From Acidobacteriota bacterium (GTDB lineage: Bacteria; Acidobacteriota; Terriglobia; Terriglobales; SCQP01), in contig DAHUYO010000007.1 of the NCBI GenBank assembly GCA_027315185.1, positions 1,725 through 65,724 of the forward strand: 64,000 nucleotides of DNA. The letters run 5' to 3'. Below, piece by piece: positions 49,126-58,419 of the stretch (position 1 is its first letter; each line of letters opens with the position of its first letter). The notes below the pieces were generated by a model. It was given only the letters and a program-made list of their open reading frames with translations, was not told the DNA's origin and did not search any database. A program made the translations under genes and the position numbers.

Positions 49126-49854
49126 GTGCGTTTCGACCTCCTCACCATTTTTCCCGAGTTCTTCCACGGCCCACTGGAGTTCGGCGTGGTTTCCCGCGCC
49201 GCCCGCTCCGGCGCCATCACCGTCGCCGTCCATGACCTTCGCGCCTACGCCTCCGACGTACACCGCACGACCGACGACCGGCCATTCGGGGGCGGCGAAG
49301 GCATGGTCATGAAACCGGAGCCCATCGCCGCCTGTCTGGATGACCTGCTGGGCGATGCCGCCCGCCCCCACGGCCCCGCGGATGCAGTGATTTTGCTGTC
49401 GGCTCAGGGCCGGCGCTTTGATCAGGCCGCCGCCCGCCGCTTTGCCGGTTACCAGCGGCTGGTGCTCATCTGTGGCCGCTATGAAGGCGTGGATGAGCGC
49501 GTCGCCGAGTTTATGGCCGATGAAGAGCTCTCCATCGGCGACTTCGTCCTCAGCGGGGGCGAGTTGGCGGCGGCCATCGTCATGGACGTCATCGCCCGCC
49601 TCCAGCCGGGAGTCCTCGGCCATGAGCAATCCGCCGTGAATGAGTCCTTCAGCGCTGCCGAGAGCGCCGGCCGGGAGACCCTGTTGGATTATCCCCACTA
49701 CACCCGTCCGGCCGAATTCCGCGGTTGGGGCACGCCGGAGGTGCTGCGCGGCGGTGACCACGCCGCCATCGCCCGTTGGCGCAGTGACGCTGCCCGCGCC
49801 AAAACACTCCGCAACCGCCCCGACCTGCTGGCGCCCGTTGCACGCCAGGAGTAA
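49126..49854 (+). CDS. trmD: tRNA (guanine37-N1)-methyltransferase
   Basis: 'DDRPFGGGEGMV', 'CGRYEGVDER', 'SIGDFVLSGGE', 'YTRP'. Confidence 0.97.
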   Translation: MRFDLLTIFPEFFHGPLEFGVVSRAARSGAITVAVHDLRAYASDVHRTTDDRPFGGGEGMVMKPEPIAACLDDLLGDAARPHGPADAVILLSAQGRRFDQAAARRFAGYQRLVLICGRYEGVDERVAEFMADEELSIGDFVLSGGELAAAIVMDVIARLQPGVLGHEQSAVNESFSAAESAGRETLLDYPHYTRPAEFRGWGTPEVLRGGDHAAIARWRSDAARAKTLRNRPDLLAPVARQE

Positions 49855-49975
49855 GCCCCAGAGTGTTCGTTCCGGCTAGCACGGCCGCTCGGGCCCGCCG
49901 ACGGCTGCCATGGACGCTGAATGCCGGTATTTGACAGAAAAAGAGACTTGTAAGATTAGAATCGGCCAACACGGC

Positions 49976-50030
49976 GGGAATGGCCACCGCACGTGCTCTG
50001 CACCACCGCCCGTGCCGCTTGGCCATTCCC
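49976..50030. other. Long stem-loop between convergent trmD and SGNH gene (terminator or sRNA)
   Basis: GGGAATGGCCA (49976-49986) / TGGCCATTCCC (50020-50030) plus inner GCACG/CGTGC. Confidence 0.55.
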
Positions 50031-50044
50031 TGTGTAATCAGTGG

Positions 50045-50812
50045 CTATTCGTGCAGTGCTGTTTGAATGCACCGTTCCGCCACCGGCGCCAGTAGGGCAA
50101 ATCCCTTGGCGTTCGGGTGCAGGCCGTCAATGGAATAGCCGCGGCGGAAATAGCCGTGCGCGTCCACCACGGCATGGTAGTAATCGCAATACACCGCCCC
50201 GGTCCGGCGCGCGTAGCTTTGGATCCAGCGATTGAGCCGCAAAATATCCGCCGGCGGCCGGTCGGTGGTTTGCACGATGCCGACGTAGTTGCTCACCGGC
50301 GTCAGCGAACACAGGATCACCCGGATGTGGTGCAGCTTCGCCAGCTCGGCGATGGCCTGAATGTTTTGTTCCACCATCCGCGCCGTCTGCGGCCCGGTGT
50401 TGCCGGCGATGTCGTTGGTCCCGCCCAGAAAGACCATCGCCGCGGGGTGCACGTCAATGACGTCGGGGAACATCCGCGCCAGCATTTGCGCGGTGGTCTG
50501 GCCATCAATGCCCCGGTTGACGTAGGGCTTGCCGGGAAAATACTTGGCTAGTTGCCAGATGTCGGTGATCGAATCGCCCAGGAATACGACCCGACCGGGC
50601 ACGGGCGGCGCCGCTTCGAGCCGCAGATCGTCGGCATGGTAACGGGAAAGCTGGTTGAAGTCCGTCAGCTCGTGGGTAAAATGCTGCGCCTGAAAGAGCA
50701 GGCAGCATCCCGCTTTGATGGGCTTATAGGTCTTGACCAACTGAGCCGAAGCGCCGAGGGCCAGCAGGGCCGTCAGCGCCAGGACCGAGAACAGAAGCCG
50801 AAGTGCACGCAA
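50045..50812 (-). CDS. Secreted SGNH/GDSL hydrolase
   Basis: 'VFLGDSITD', 'NRGIDGQTT', 'GGTND', 'DGLHP'; TTG start after GGAGG; signal peptide. Confidence 0.9.
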   Translation of the reverse strand: MRALRLLFSVLALTALLALGASAQLVKTYKPIKAGCCLLFQAQHFTHELTDFNQLSRYHADDLRLEAAPPVPGRVVFLGDSITDIWQLAKYFPGKPYVNRGIDGQTTAQMLARMFPDVIDVHPAAMVFLGGTNDIAGNTGPQTARMVEQNIQAIAELAKLHHIRVILCSLTPVSNYVGIVQTTDRPPADILRLNRWIQSYARRTGAVYCDYYHAVVDAHGYFRRGYSIDGLHPNAKGFALLAPVAERCIQTALHE

Positions 50813-50907
50813 GGCAGTTCCTCCGGCCAGGAATATACCACGCTGGTCTGGCTTCCGGAGGTCCGTTCCGCAGCGTCGGGGAGCGGCAGCCGGCCGCAGC
50901 GCCGGGG

Positions 50908-51210
50908 TTAGCGGCGGCCCTTGCGGTGTTTCTTGGCGGACGGCACGCTGGCGCGCGGCTTGGGGGCTGCGGGCGAGGCGGCCAGTGCTGGGCTTGGGGT
51001 GGGCGGCTCCGTTACCGGCTCCGGCACGCTGGGCGCGGTGCGCAGCGCCGGGGCTCCTGGAGCCGTGGCGTGCAGGTCTTCCCAGGCCAGCCAGGCAATG
51101 CCGATGCCGAACATGCCGTCCGGTATGGCGACCCACCACTGGCTTTCCTTGGCGAGTACTACCGCCAGGACAAAAGTAAGAATGCCGAGGCCGACGAGGA
51201 TCCAACGCAT
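50908..51210 (-). CDS. Small hypothetical membrane protein (2 TM, Pro-rich, basic tail)
   Basis: Two hydrophobic segments, then Pro/Ala-rich linker and KKHRKGRR. Confidence 0.55.
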   Translation of the reverse strand: MRWILVGLGILTFVLAVVLAKESQWWVAIPDGMFGIGIAWLAWEDLHATAPGAPALRTAPSVPEPVTEPPTPSPALAASPAAPKPRASVPSAKKHRKGRR

Positions 51211-51272
51211 GACGATATCGGTCTATTTTCGCACGTCGCGCGGGAACAAGAAACCCGTGTTCACCGGTTGGG

Positions 51273-52478
51273 CTAATGCTGGGATTTGCCCCGCAGCCGG
51301 AAGCGCACCCGCCACAATACGTTCCCGTTAGCGCGGCTGAAGGCCACCAGCCGGCCGCCATCCCAGGCCAGTACCGCTGGGCCGGTCAGCGCAGCGGGCT
51401 CATAGCCGCCGGCGTGTTGCCACCACCGCACCTGGCCGCTCGCTCCGTCCAGCCACAATAGATCGCGGGGCGCAAACAGCGCCAGTCCCGGCGCCTCAGC
51501 CGCTGGTCCAGGATCCATCATCGCGGCCACTACGCGCACGGGCAGCCGGCGGCGAAAGCGCAGACGCCCGTGCGCTAGGCCGAATAGAGTCAATAACGTG
51601 CCTTTCTGTTCCCGCTGCCAAACGATCACGGAGCGCCCGAACAAGCGCAAGGTGGGGTCGCCCTTCATGGCATGGGACCAGACCGCGCCTTCATACTGGC
51701 CGCCACTGATCCGCTGTTGGCGCCCGCGCGCTTGGCTCACGGCGAATCCCCAGCGGTTGGTGACTGCATCTGGGAAGCTGCCTGGATCCGCCGCCGGCGT
51801 AGGGGCCGGAGCGGCAGCGCCGAGCGGGTTGATGAACCGCCCGGCCTGCGGCGCATACCAGAGCACGCCGGCGCCCGGCCCATGAAAGGCAAAGATGATC
51901 CGGGCAAACTGCTTGACGACCACCCGCTTCATGGCCAGGGAAAATGCCCACAGCCGGCTGCGCCGCGGTTGCGCCGTGAACACCGCGACCCCGTTGCCGG
52001 GCAGCGCGACCATCTCTCCATCGGGCGTGCTGCCCAGGCTATGGAGATGACGGCCGCTGCGGGCATCGTAGAGGTCCACGTGTTCCGGCTGCTGGATGTA
52101 CAGCAGCTTGCCGCTGGCCGACAGCTTGGCGCCCAGCGCGTCCAAGGCGTCGGCGCACCACCGCGGACGGCCGTTGGCCGCGCGCAGGCGGCAATACCGT
52201 GTCCAGCGCCAAGAAAAACTGGAGTCTTGTTCGCGGTGAATGACCGCCAGATAGGAAACGATCAGCAGGCCGCGCCGGTTGCTGAGCACCTGGCCGCCAT
52301 AACGCGGCGTCCGCCACTGCACCTTGCCGGTCGCTGCGTTCAGCGCCACGCCGGCCTGCGGCAGGTACACCAGATCCGGGTTGACCACCACCAGGGATTG
52401 TTGCGCCGCCGCCGGCGCTGCCGCCAGCATTAGCCAGAGCAACGCGGCCATGGCCCGCGCGGAACCGCTCCACCGCAC
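51273..52478 (-). CDS. Secreted PQQ-like beta-propeller protein
   Basis: Signal peptide; repeated 'A.D/N..TG...W' blades. Confidence 0.65.
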   Translation of the reverse strand: MRWSGSARAMAALLWLMLAAAPAAAQQSLVVVNPDLVYLPQAGVALNAATGKVQWRTPRYGGQVLSNRRGLLIVSYLAVIHREQDSSFSWRWTRYCRLRAANGRPRWCADALDALGAKLSASGKLLYIQQPEHVDLYDARSGRHLHSLGSTPDGEMVALPGNGVAVFTAQPRRSRLWAFSLAMKRVVVKQFARIIFAFHGPGAGVLWYAPQAGRFINPLGAAAPAPTPAADPGSFPDAVTNRWGFAVSQARGRQQRISGGQYEGAVWSHAMKGDPTLRLFGRSVIVWQREQKGTLLTLFGLAHGRLRFRRRLPVRVVAAMMDPGPAAEAPGLALFAPRDLLWLDGASGQVRWWQHAGGYEPAALTGPAVLAWDGGRLVAFSRANGNVLWRVRFRLRGKSQH

Positions 52479-52533
52479 CCCTCACCTCGCGGCACCAGCT
52501 TACGCTTCCGGCTTCCGCTAAGCAAGCGGCGCG

Positions 52534-53382
52534 TCAGCGCGCGTAGTGGTAGAAGCCACGGCCCGTTTTCCGTCCCAGCCAGCCGGCCGCCACCATCTGC
52601 CGCAGCAGCGGGCAGGGGCGGTACTTGGGGTCGTTGAAGCCGCGCAGCAGCACTTCCATGATGTCCAGGCAAACGTCCAGGCCGATAAAGTCCGCCAGCG
52701 CCAGCGGGCCCATGGGATGGTTCATGCCCAGCTTCAGCACCGTGTCCACCGCCTCGGGTTCGGCCACGCCCTCGAAGACACAAAAAATGGCCTCGTTGAT
52801 CAGCGGCATCAGCACCCGATTGGAGACGAAACCGGGAAAGTCGCGCGCCTCGACCGGCGTCTTGTCCAGCCGCGTCGCCAGATCCCGCACCGCGGCCACG
52901 GTGGCGTCGGAGGTCGCCGCGCCCCGCACTACCTCCACCAGTCTCATCACCGGCACGGGGTTCATGAAGTGCATGCCGATGAACTGTTCCGGCCGCTTGG
53001 TCGCGGCCGCCAATTCGGTAATCGAGATCGAGGAGGTATTGCTGGCGAACAGCGTCGCGGGCGGCGCCAAGCTGTCCAGCTGCGCGAACAGGGAGGTTTT
53101 CAACTCCCGGCGTTCGGGGATGGCTTCGATCACCAGTTCCGCCTGCGCCGCGGCCGCCAGTTGCGTGGTGGGACGAATGCGCTCCAACGCCAGCCGCGCC
53201 GCCTCGGCGTCCAGCTTCTGGGCGTTGACCTCGCGCTGGAGGTTCTTTTCAATGGCGCCGCGGGCGCGCTGCAGCAAGGGCTCGCTCACTTCGCAGAGCG
53301 TAACCTCCAGTCCATGCCTGGCCAGGACGTGGGCGATGCCATTGCCCATCGTGCCACCGCCGATCACCGCGACGTTTTGCAT
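52534..53382 (-). CDS. hbd: 3-hydroxybutyryl-CoA dehydrogenase
   Basis: 'GGGTMGNGIA', 'ASNTSS', 'GMHFMNP', 'PGFVSNR', 'HPMGPL.LAD.IGLD', 'GRKTGRGFY'. Confidence 0.93.
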   Translation of the reverse strand: MQNVAVIGGGTMGNGIAHVLARHGLEVTLCEVSEPLLQRARGAIEKNLQREVNAQKLDAEAARLALERIRPTTQLAAAAQAELVIEAIPERRELKTSLFAQLDSLAPPATLFASNTSSISITELAAATKRPEQFIGMHFMNPVPVMRLVEVVRGAATSDATVAAVRDLATRLDKTPVEARDFPGFVSNRVLMPLINEAIFCVFEGVAEPEAVDTVLKLGMNHPMGPLALADFIGLDVCLDIMEVLLRGFNDPKYRPCPLLRQMVAAGWLGRKTGRGFYHYAR

Positions 53383-53508
53383 ACTGCCATCGTATCGCGG
53401 GGACCGCGCCGGCTCTAGGGAGTGCGGGACGCCCCGCCGCGGGCGGGGCTGGGGGCCGCGCCGATCAACGCCCGCCGCCGTGGGACCGGCGGCGGACGAA
53501 TCGCGCGA

Positions 53509-53976
53509 CTACGCCTCGGCGGGCGTAGCCTCCCGTTTGACCTCGACCTGCAACTCGGCCGTGACGCCCTGCTGCAAATGTACCGGCACCTTGACCGTAC
53601 CCAACGCCTTGATCGGCTCCGGCAGCGCGATCTTGCGCCGGTCCAGCTCGACACCCTGCCGCGCCAGCTCCTCGCCGATATCCATCGAGGTCACCGAGCC
53701 GAACAAGGTGTCCTTTTCTCCGGCGCGGCGGGCGAAGACCAATTGCAGCGCGTTCAACTTCGCCGCCAGTTCCTGGGCCGAAGCCCGGTCGCGCTCCTGC
53801 TTGCGCCCGGCCGCCGCGCGCATCTGCTCGATATTGTTGCGGTTGCCCGGCGTCGCCACAATCGCCAACTTGCGCGGCAATAGGTAATTGCGGGCGAAGC
53901 CGTCGGCCACCTTCACCACATCGCCCTTGCGGCCCAGCTTGGCCACGTCGTCTTTAAGGATGATTTCCATGGCCAT
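53509..53976 (-). CDS. rplI: 50S ribosomal protein L9
   Basis: 'LGRKGDVVKVADGFARNYLLP', 'LFGSVT'. Confidence 0.97.
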   Translation of the reverse strand: MAMEIILKDDVAKLGRKGDVVKVADGFARNYLLPRKLAIVATPGNRNNIEQMRAAAGRKQERDRASAQELAAKLNALQLVFARRAGEKDTLFGSVTSMDIGEELARQGVELDRRKIALPEPIKALGTVKVPVHLQQGVTAELQVEVKREATPAEA

Positions 53977-53979
53977 GGG

Positions 53980-54321
53980 CTATACCTCCGCCGCGAAGGG
54001 CAGTAGCGCGATGTTGCGCGCCTGCTTGATCGCCCGGCACAGCCGCCGCTGGTGCTGCGGGCAGGCGCCGCTGATGCGCCGGGGAATGATCCGGCCGCGC
54101 TCGGCCACGAACTGTTGCAGCAGCCGCGTGTCCTTGTAATCAATGCGGTCGATTTTTTCCGCGCAGAATTTGCAGACCTTGCGGCGGCGGAAATAGGGGC
54201 GCTTGCCGCCGCGGGAATCCCCGCCGCGCGGTCCGGAGTGCGGGCGCCGTCCTTCTGGACGGCCCTCGCCGCGGCTCTCGCCGCCGCCCTCGTGTTTGGT
54301 TTCTTTGACTGGATCGGCCAT
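53980..54321 (-). CDS. rpsR: 30S ribosomal protein S18 (Zn-binding form)
   Basis: 'CKFC', 'IDYKD', 'RRISG.C..HQR', 'AR.IALLPF'. Confidence 0.97.
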   Translation of the reverse strand: MADPVKETKHEGGGESRGEGRPEGRRPHSGPRGGDSRGGKRPYFRRRKVCKFCAEKIDRIDYKDTRLLQQFVAERGRIIPRRISGACPQHQRRLCRAIKQARNIALLPFAAEV

Positions 54322-54342
54322 CGTATTTACCTCGTAATCTCG

Positions 54343-54780
54343 CTAGCTGGCATCGGAAACTGGGCCCGCCGCCTCGGCCGCAGGCAGGGATTCGGCGCTG
54401 CTCGCTTCGCTCCCGGCGGAAGCGGCGGCAGGCGCCGGTTTGCGCGCGGCGCGGCGTTCGCGGCGGCGCTGGTCGCGGCGGAAGCGCCGCTCGATTTCGT
54501 CGGTGCGCACCACCAGGAACTTGATCACCGGCTCGGTGACGTGCAGCCGGTGCTGCAATTCATGGATCGGCTCGGCGCCGCCCTCCAAATCCAAGCGCAC
54601 ATAAGTGCCATCGGCGAAGCCGCGCACCCGATACGCCAGCCGCCGCCGTCCCATCCGGTCGGTGTGGCGCAACTGCGCCCCCGCCTGCGTCGCCGCCGCT
54701 TCCAGACCGGAGATCAGCTTTTCGCTCTCCTCTTCCGGCAGGTCCGGACGGAGAATGAACATCACTTCATAAGTCCGCAT
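54343..54780 (-). CDS. rpsF: 30S ribosomal protein S6
   Basis: 'MRTYEVMFILRP', 'GRRRLAY'; GGGAG SD before ATG 54780. Confidence 0.95.
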   Translation of the reverse strand: MRTYEVMFILRPDLPEEESEKLISGLEAAATQAGAQLRHTDRMGRRRLAYRVRGFADGTYVRLDLEGGAEPIHELQHRLHVTEPVIKFLVVRTDEIERRFRRDQRRRERRAARKPAPAAASAGSEASSAESLPAAEAAGPVSDAS

Positions 54781-54816
54781 GTTGGCTCCCATTCAATTTC
54801 CTCTTCGCCGCCGGCC

Positions 54817-55398
54817 TCAGCCGCCGGCCTCCGCGCCGGGCCGCGCGTTGTAGACCGACATCGCCTTGGCCATGCCCTCGCGCGGAATCATCTCCAGCGC
54901 GTCGGCGGCGCGGTCCAGAACTCCGGCCACGACCTCCAACTCCTTCTGTTTCCACGGCGTCAGCACGAACCGTTCCGCCGCGCCCCGCGCCGGCCCAATG
55001 CCCAGTCGCAGGCGGGGATACTCGCCCGTGCCCATCGCGCCGGTAACCGAGCGCAGCCCGTTGTGCGTGCCCGGCGAACCGTGCTCCCGCAGCCGCAGGG
55101 TTCCCAACGGCAGGTCCAAGTCGTCACAGGCGACCAATACGTCGGCTGGTTCGTAGCCGTACTTGGCCATCAGCTCCCGCACCGCCACGCCGCTCAGGTT
55201 CATAAAGGTCTCGGGCTTGGCCAGGCGCACCTCCGTGCCGGCCAAGACGGTGCGAGCCGTGAGCGCTTGGCATTCCCGCACGCGGAAGCGCGCATGGCCG
55301 CGGTTGGCCAGTTCGTCCAGCAGCAGAAAGCCGAAGTTGTGCGGGGTAAACGCATATTCGATACCCGGATTGCCAAGGCCCACGATCAGTTTCAGCAT
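54817..55398 (-). CDS. pth: Peptidyl-tRNA hydrolase
   Basis: 'LIVGLGNPG', 'HNFGF', 'KPETFMNLSG', 'DDLDLP', 'HNGLRS'. Confidence 0.95.
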   Translation of the reverse strand: MLKLIVGLGNPGIEYAFTPHNFGFLLLDELANRGHARFRVRECQALTARTVLAGTEVRLAKPETFMNLSGVAVRELMAKYGYEPADVLVACDDLDLPLGTLRLREHGSPGTHNGLRSVTGAMGTGEYPRLRLGIGPARGAAERFVLTPWKQKELEVVAGVLDRAADALEMIPREGMAKAMSVYNARPGAEAGG

Positions 55399-55439
55399 GC
55401 CCAGCGTCAACCTGACGACGCACCGCCCGGGCGGAACGC

Positions 55440-56147
55440 CTAGGCCTTCTTCTTGCCCTCCTTGGCAGGGGGCGCCTCTTCGGCCGGAGCCGCTTCGCCC
55501 TTGCCCTTCTTCGCCACTTCCGGTTCGGCGGGCGCCGCCGCCACCGCCGCGGCCTCCACCGGAGTCGGCGCCACTTCTTCCCGCACCGACACCACGTGCG
55601 CCACCACCCGGTCGGGCGCGGTCACGACGCGGATCCCGGCGGCCAGTTTCAGGTCGCCCACGCGCAGGTTCTGGCCGATGCCCAGTTCGGAAACGTCCAC
55701 CACGATGTGATCCGGAATTTGGTCCGGCAGGCACTCCAGCTCGATTTCGCGCGTGACCACGTCCAGCACGCCGCCTTGCACCTTCACCCCGACCGGATCG
55801 CCCTGGCTGCGGATCGGCGCCTTGACGCGGATGCGCTGATCCATGGAGATGCGCTTCAAATCCACGTGCAGCAGGCTGCCGCGCACCGGGTCGCGCTGCC
55901 AATCCACGATCATGACGGCGGCCTTTTCGCCCCCATCGCCGTCCATCACCACCTCGAAGACGGTGTTGTGTCCGGTTTCGGAGCGCAATATAGCAGCCAG
56001 CGCCTTGGGATCAATGGACAGCGCCACGGCCTCCTTCTTGCCACCGTACAACACGGCGGGCACCTGGCCGGCGCGGCGCAGCCGCCCGGCGGCTTCTTTG
56101 CCCAAGCCGGTGCGGCGGGCGGCGGGAACGGAAATTTGCAATGCCAT
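55440..56147 (-). CDS. rplY: 50S ribosomal protein L25/Ctc
   Basis: 'RLRRAGQVPAVLYG', 'LHVD', 'GVKVQGG', 'EPEV'. Confidence 0.95.
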   Translation of the reverse strand: MALQISVPAARRTGLGKEAAGRLRRAGQVPAVLYGGKKEAVALSIDPKALAAILRSETGHNTVFEVVMDGDGGEKAAVMIVDWQRDPVRGSLLHVDLKRISMDQRIRVKAPIRSQGDPVGVKVQGGVLDVVTREIELECLPDQIPDHIVVDVSELGIGQNLRVGDLKLAAGIRVVTAPDRVVAHVVSVREEVAPTPVEAAAVAAAPAEPEVAKKGKGEAAPAEEAPPAKEGKKKA

Positions 56148-56166
56148 AAGTCCTCGAATCTCTGCC

Positions 56167-57219
56167 TTACAAGAACAGCGAGCTAACCGAAGTCTCCTCG
56201 TGAATGGAGCGGATCGCCGCTGCCAGCAGTCCGGCGATGCTGCGCACCTGAATCCGCGCTTCGGCGCGGGCGGCGGCCGAAAGCGGAATCGAATCCGTCA
56301 CCACCACCTGCTCCAGCGGGCTGGCGGCGATGCGTTCCAGCGCCGGCCCGCTCAGCACCGGGTGGCTGGCGCAGGCCAGCACCCGCCGCGCGCCATGGTT
56401 CACCAGCGCCTCGGCGGTCTTCACCAGCGTGCCCGCGGTGTCAATGATGTCGTCCAAAATGACCGCCGTCCGCCCCTCGACGTCGCCAATGACGTTCATG
56501 ACCTCACTGACGTCCATGGCCACGCGCCGCTTATCAATGATCGCCAGCGCGCTGTCCATCTTCTTGGCGAAGAAGCGCGCCCGCTCCACGCCGCCCGCGT
56601 CGGGCGAAACCACGGTCAGGTCCGGCAGGTCCAGCTTGTGGAAATAGTCCACCAGCACCGGCGAGGCGAACAAGTGGTCCACGGGAATGTTGAAGAACCC
56701 TTGAATTTGCGGCGCATGCAGGTCCACCACCAAGGCCCGGTTGACCCCGGCGGTGGTCAGGATGTCGGCCACCAGCTTGGCGGAAATCGGCACCCGCGGC
56801 TTGTCCTTGCGGTCCTGCCGGGCATAGCCGAAGTAGGGCATGACGGCGGTGATGCGCCGCGCCGACGCCCGCTTCAGCGCGTCGGTCAGCAGCAGCAGGT
56901 CCACCAGATGCCGGTCCACCGGATCGCAGGTCGGCTGCACGATGAACACGTCGGCGCCGCGCACGTTTTCCAGAATCTGCACGTAGCTTTCGCCGTCGGA
57001 GAAGCGCGTAAGCTGGCACTGCGCCTTGGGCTGGCCCAAGTGGCGGCAGATGTCCTCGGTCAGCTGCTGGTTGGCGCCGCCACAGAAGACCTTGAGCCGT
57101 GGATCGGGCCGCGCGGTGCGCGTCCGCGCCATCGGATTCGACTCCGGCGTGGCCGTGGCGCTGCCTTCCCCGGCGCCGCTGGCGGCGCGTCCCTTGGTGC
57201 GGATTGCGGTGCTGGCCAT
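56167..57219 (-). CDS. prs: Ribose-phosphate pyrophosphokinase (start 57219 or 57132)
   Basis: 'FSDGE', 'PYFGYARQDRK', 'DLHAPQIQGFF', 'SPDAGG', 'DDIIDTAGT'. Confidence 0.96.
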   Translation of the reverse strand: MASTAIRTKGRAASGAGEGSATATPESNPMARTRTARPDPRLKVFCGGANQQLTEDICRHLGQPKAQCQLTRFSDGESYVQILENVRGADVFIVQPTCDPVDRHLVDLLLLTDALKRASARRITAVMPYFGYARQDRKDKPRVPISAKLVADILTTAGVNRALVVDLHAPQIQGFFNIPVDHLFASPVLVDYFHKLDLPDLTVVSPDAGGVERARFFAKKMDSALAIIDKRRVAMDVSEVMNVIGDVEGRTAVILDDIIDTAGTLVKTAEALVNHGARRVLACASHPVLSGPALERIAASPLEQVVVTDSIPLSAAARAEARIQVRSIAGLLAAAIRSIHEETSVSSLFL

Positions 57220-57287
57220 GCCCGTTCCCTCTCCCACTACCCATTCCGGCCGGCCAACGCCGCACCGGCTTGCCGGCCCCGAATGGC

Positions 57288-57361
57288 TGGCTGGGGCGTC
57301 AGGACTCGAACCTGAATACCGTGCTCCAAAGGCACGTGTCCTACCGTTGGACGACGCCCCA
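57288..57361 (-). tRNA. tRNA-Gln(UUG)
   Basis: TGGGGCG acceptor stem, anticodon arm CGTGC-CTTTGGA-GCACG, GGTTCGAGTCC T-arm, encoded CCA; 74 nt. Confidence 0.97.
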
Positions 57362-57364
57362 TTC

Positions 57365-58378
57365 CTAAAACTCGTCTCTCGGACCGACAAACCGCGCCGT
57401 CCAGGCGTGCGCGCTCGCGGGCAAGACTGCCCGCGCCGCCTCCGCCGCCGCGCGGCTGGTGAACAAACCATACTGCGCCGCGCCACTGCCGCTCAGGCTG
57501 ACCCAAACGGCGCCGGCGCGTCCCAAGGCACGGCGAATGGAGAGAAAGTCCGGAGAAAGAGGGAAGACGGCTTCGTGGAAGTCGTTTTCGATTCCGGCTC
57601 GGACTCTCGGCTCCGCCTGCGCTGGGCCGCGGTCCCGCCTGGGGCGGGACGCCGGGGCGGCCCGCTTGCGCGAACCGCCGACGTAAGCTCGGCGAACCGA
57701 ACCTACGGCATAGGTTCGCCGCAGCGAACCCAGCAAGCAATCAATGCTAACGGAGTTTTCCTCCGCGGTCAAACCGGCCGACCGGCCGGCATGCAGCCGA
57801 TCCCAGCGCGCATACGCCTCCGCCGTCGCTACCGCCACCCCGGCTGGCGCCGCCAGCAGGCAATACCAGGCGGGGAGATCCGGCAAGCGATAGCATTCCT
57901 CGCCCCGGCCCAGCGCCAGCACGGTGCCCCCCAACAGCAGAGCCGGCACGTCGGAACCGAGTGCCGCGGCGAGGCGGCACAACGCCGCCGCCGGCGGCGG
58001 ACGCCGTGCCCGGGCCGCGGCTACCCGCAGCACCGCCGCGGCATCCGCCGAACCGCCGCCCAGCCCCGCTCCCAACGGGATGCGTTTATGGATGGCCACG
58101 CCGATCTGCCCCCGCAGCCCGAACTCCTCCCGCGCCAGCAGCGCCGCCCGCACCGCCAAGTTCTGCCCGTCGGCCAGTTCCGGCCAGCACACGCCTGGCG
58201 ACGCCCGCACCGCCTCCAGCCGCACGCCCCGGCCCGGCCGGAAGGTCAGCGTCAGCGTGTCGGCCAGGGAAATGGTTTGCAAGACCGAACGCAGTTCATG
58301 GAAGCCATCACTGCGCCGCCGCAAGATCCGCAGGCCCAGGTTGAGCTTGGCGAAGGCGCGGGCGCGAACGGTGGTCAT
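57365..58378 (-). CDS. ispE: 4-diphosphocytidyl-2-C-methyl-D-erythritol kinase
   Basis: 'AKLNLGL', 'KRIPLGAGLGGGSADAA', 'GSDVP', 'END', 'LSGSG'. Confidence 0.93.
   Translation of the reverse strand: MTTVRARAFAKLNLGLRILRRRSDGFHELRSVLQTISLADTLTLTFRPGRGVRLEAVRASPGVCWPELADGQNLAVRAALLAREEFGLRGQIGVAIHKRIPLGAGLGGGSADAAAVLRVAAARARRPPPAAALCRLAAALGSDVPALLLGGTVLALGRGEECYRLPDLPAWYCLLAAPAGVAVATAEAYARWDRLHAGRSAGLTAEENSVSIDCLLGSLRRTYAVGSVRRAYVGGSRKRAAPASRPRRDRGPAQAEPRVRAGIENDFHEAVFPLSPDFLSIRRALGRAGAVWVSLSGSGAAQYGLFTSRAAAEAARAVLPASAHAWTARFVGPRDEF
57744..57772 (-). promoter_or_regulatory. Internal sigma-70 promoter inside ispE, pointing at tRNA-Gln-prs-rplY
   Basis: TTGACC-17 nt-TAGCAT on the minus strand, in an AT-rich patch. 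Confidence 0.7.
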
Positions 58379-58419
58379 GGGGTTGCGGGGTGGGGCGCGG
58401 CCCCGGCTGGCGCCGTAGC

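Noticed and set aside
49960-50040. SRP RNA (4.5S) near ffh
   Set aside because: The hairpin lacks the conserved CAGG-GGAA-AGCA domain IV motif
54807-54831. 12-bp tandem duplication GCCGCCGGCCTC spanning the pth stop codon
   Set aside because: Probably a slippage duplication in a variable tail; no functional implication
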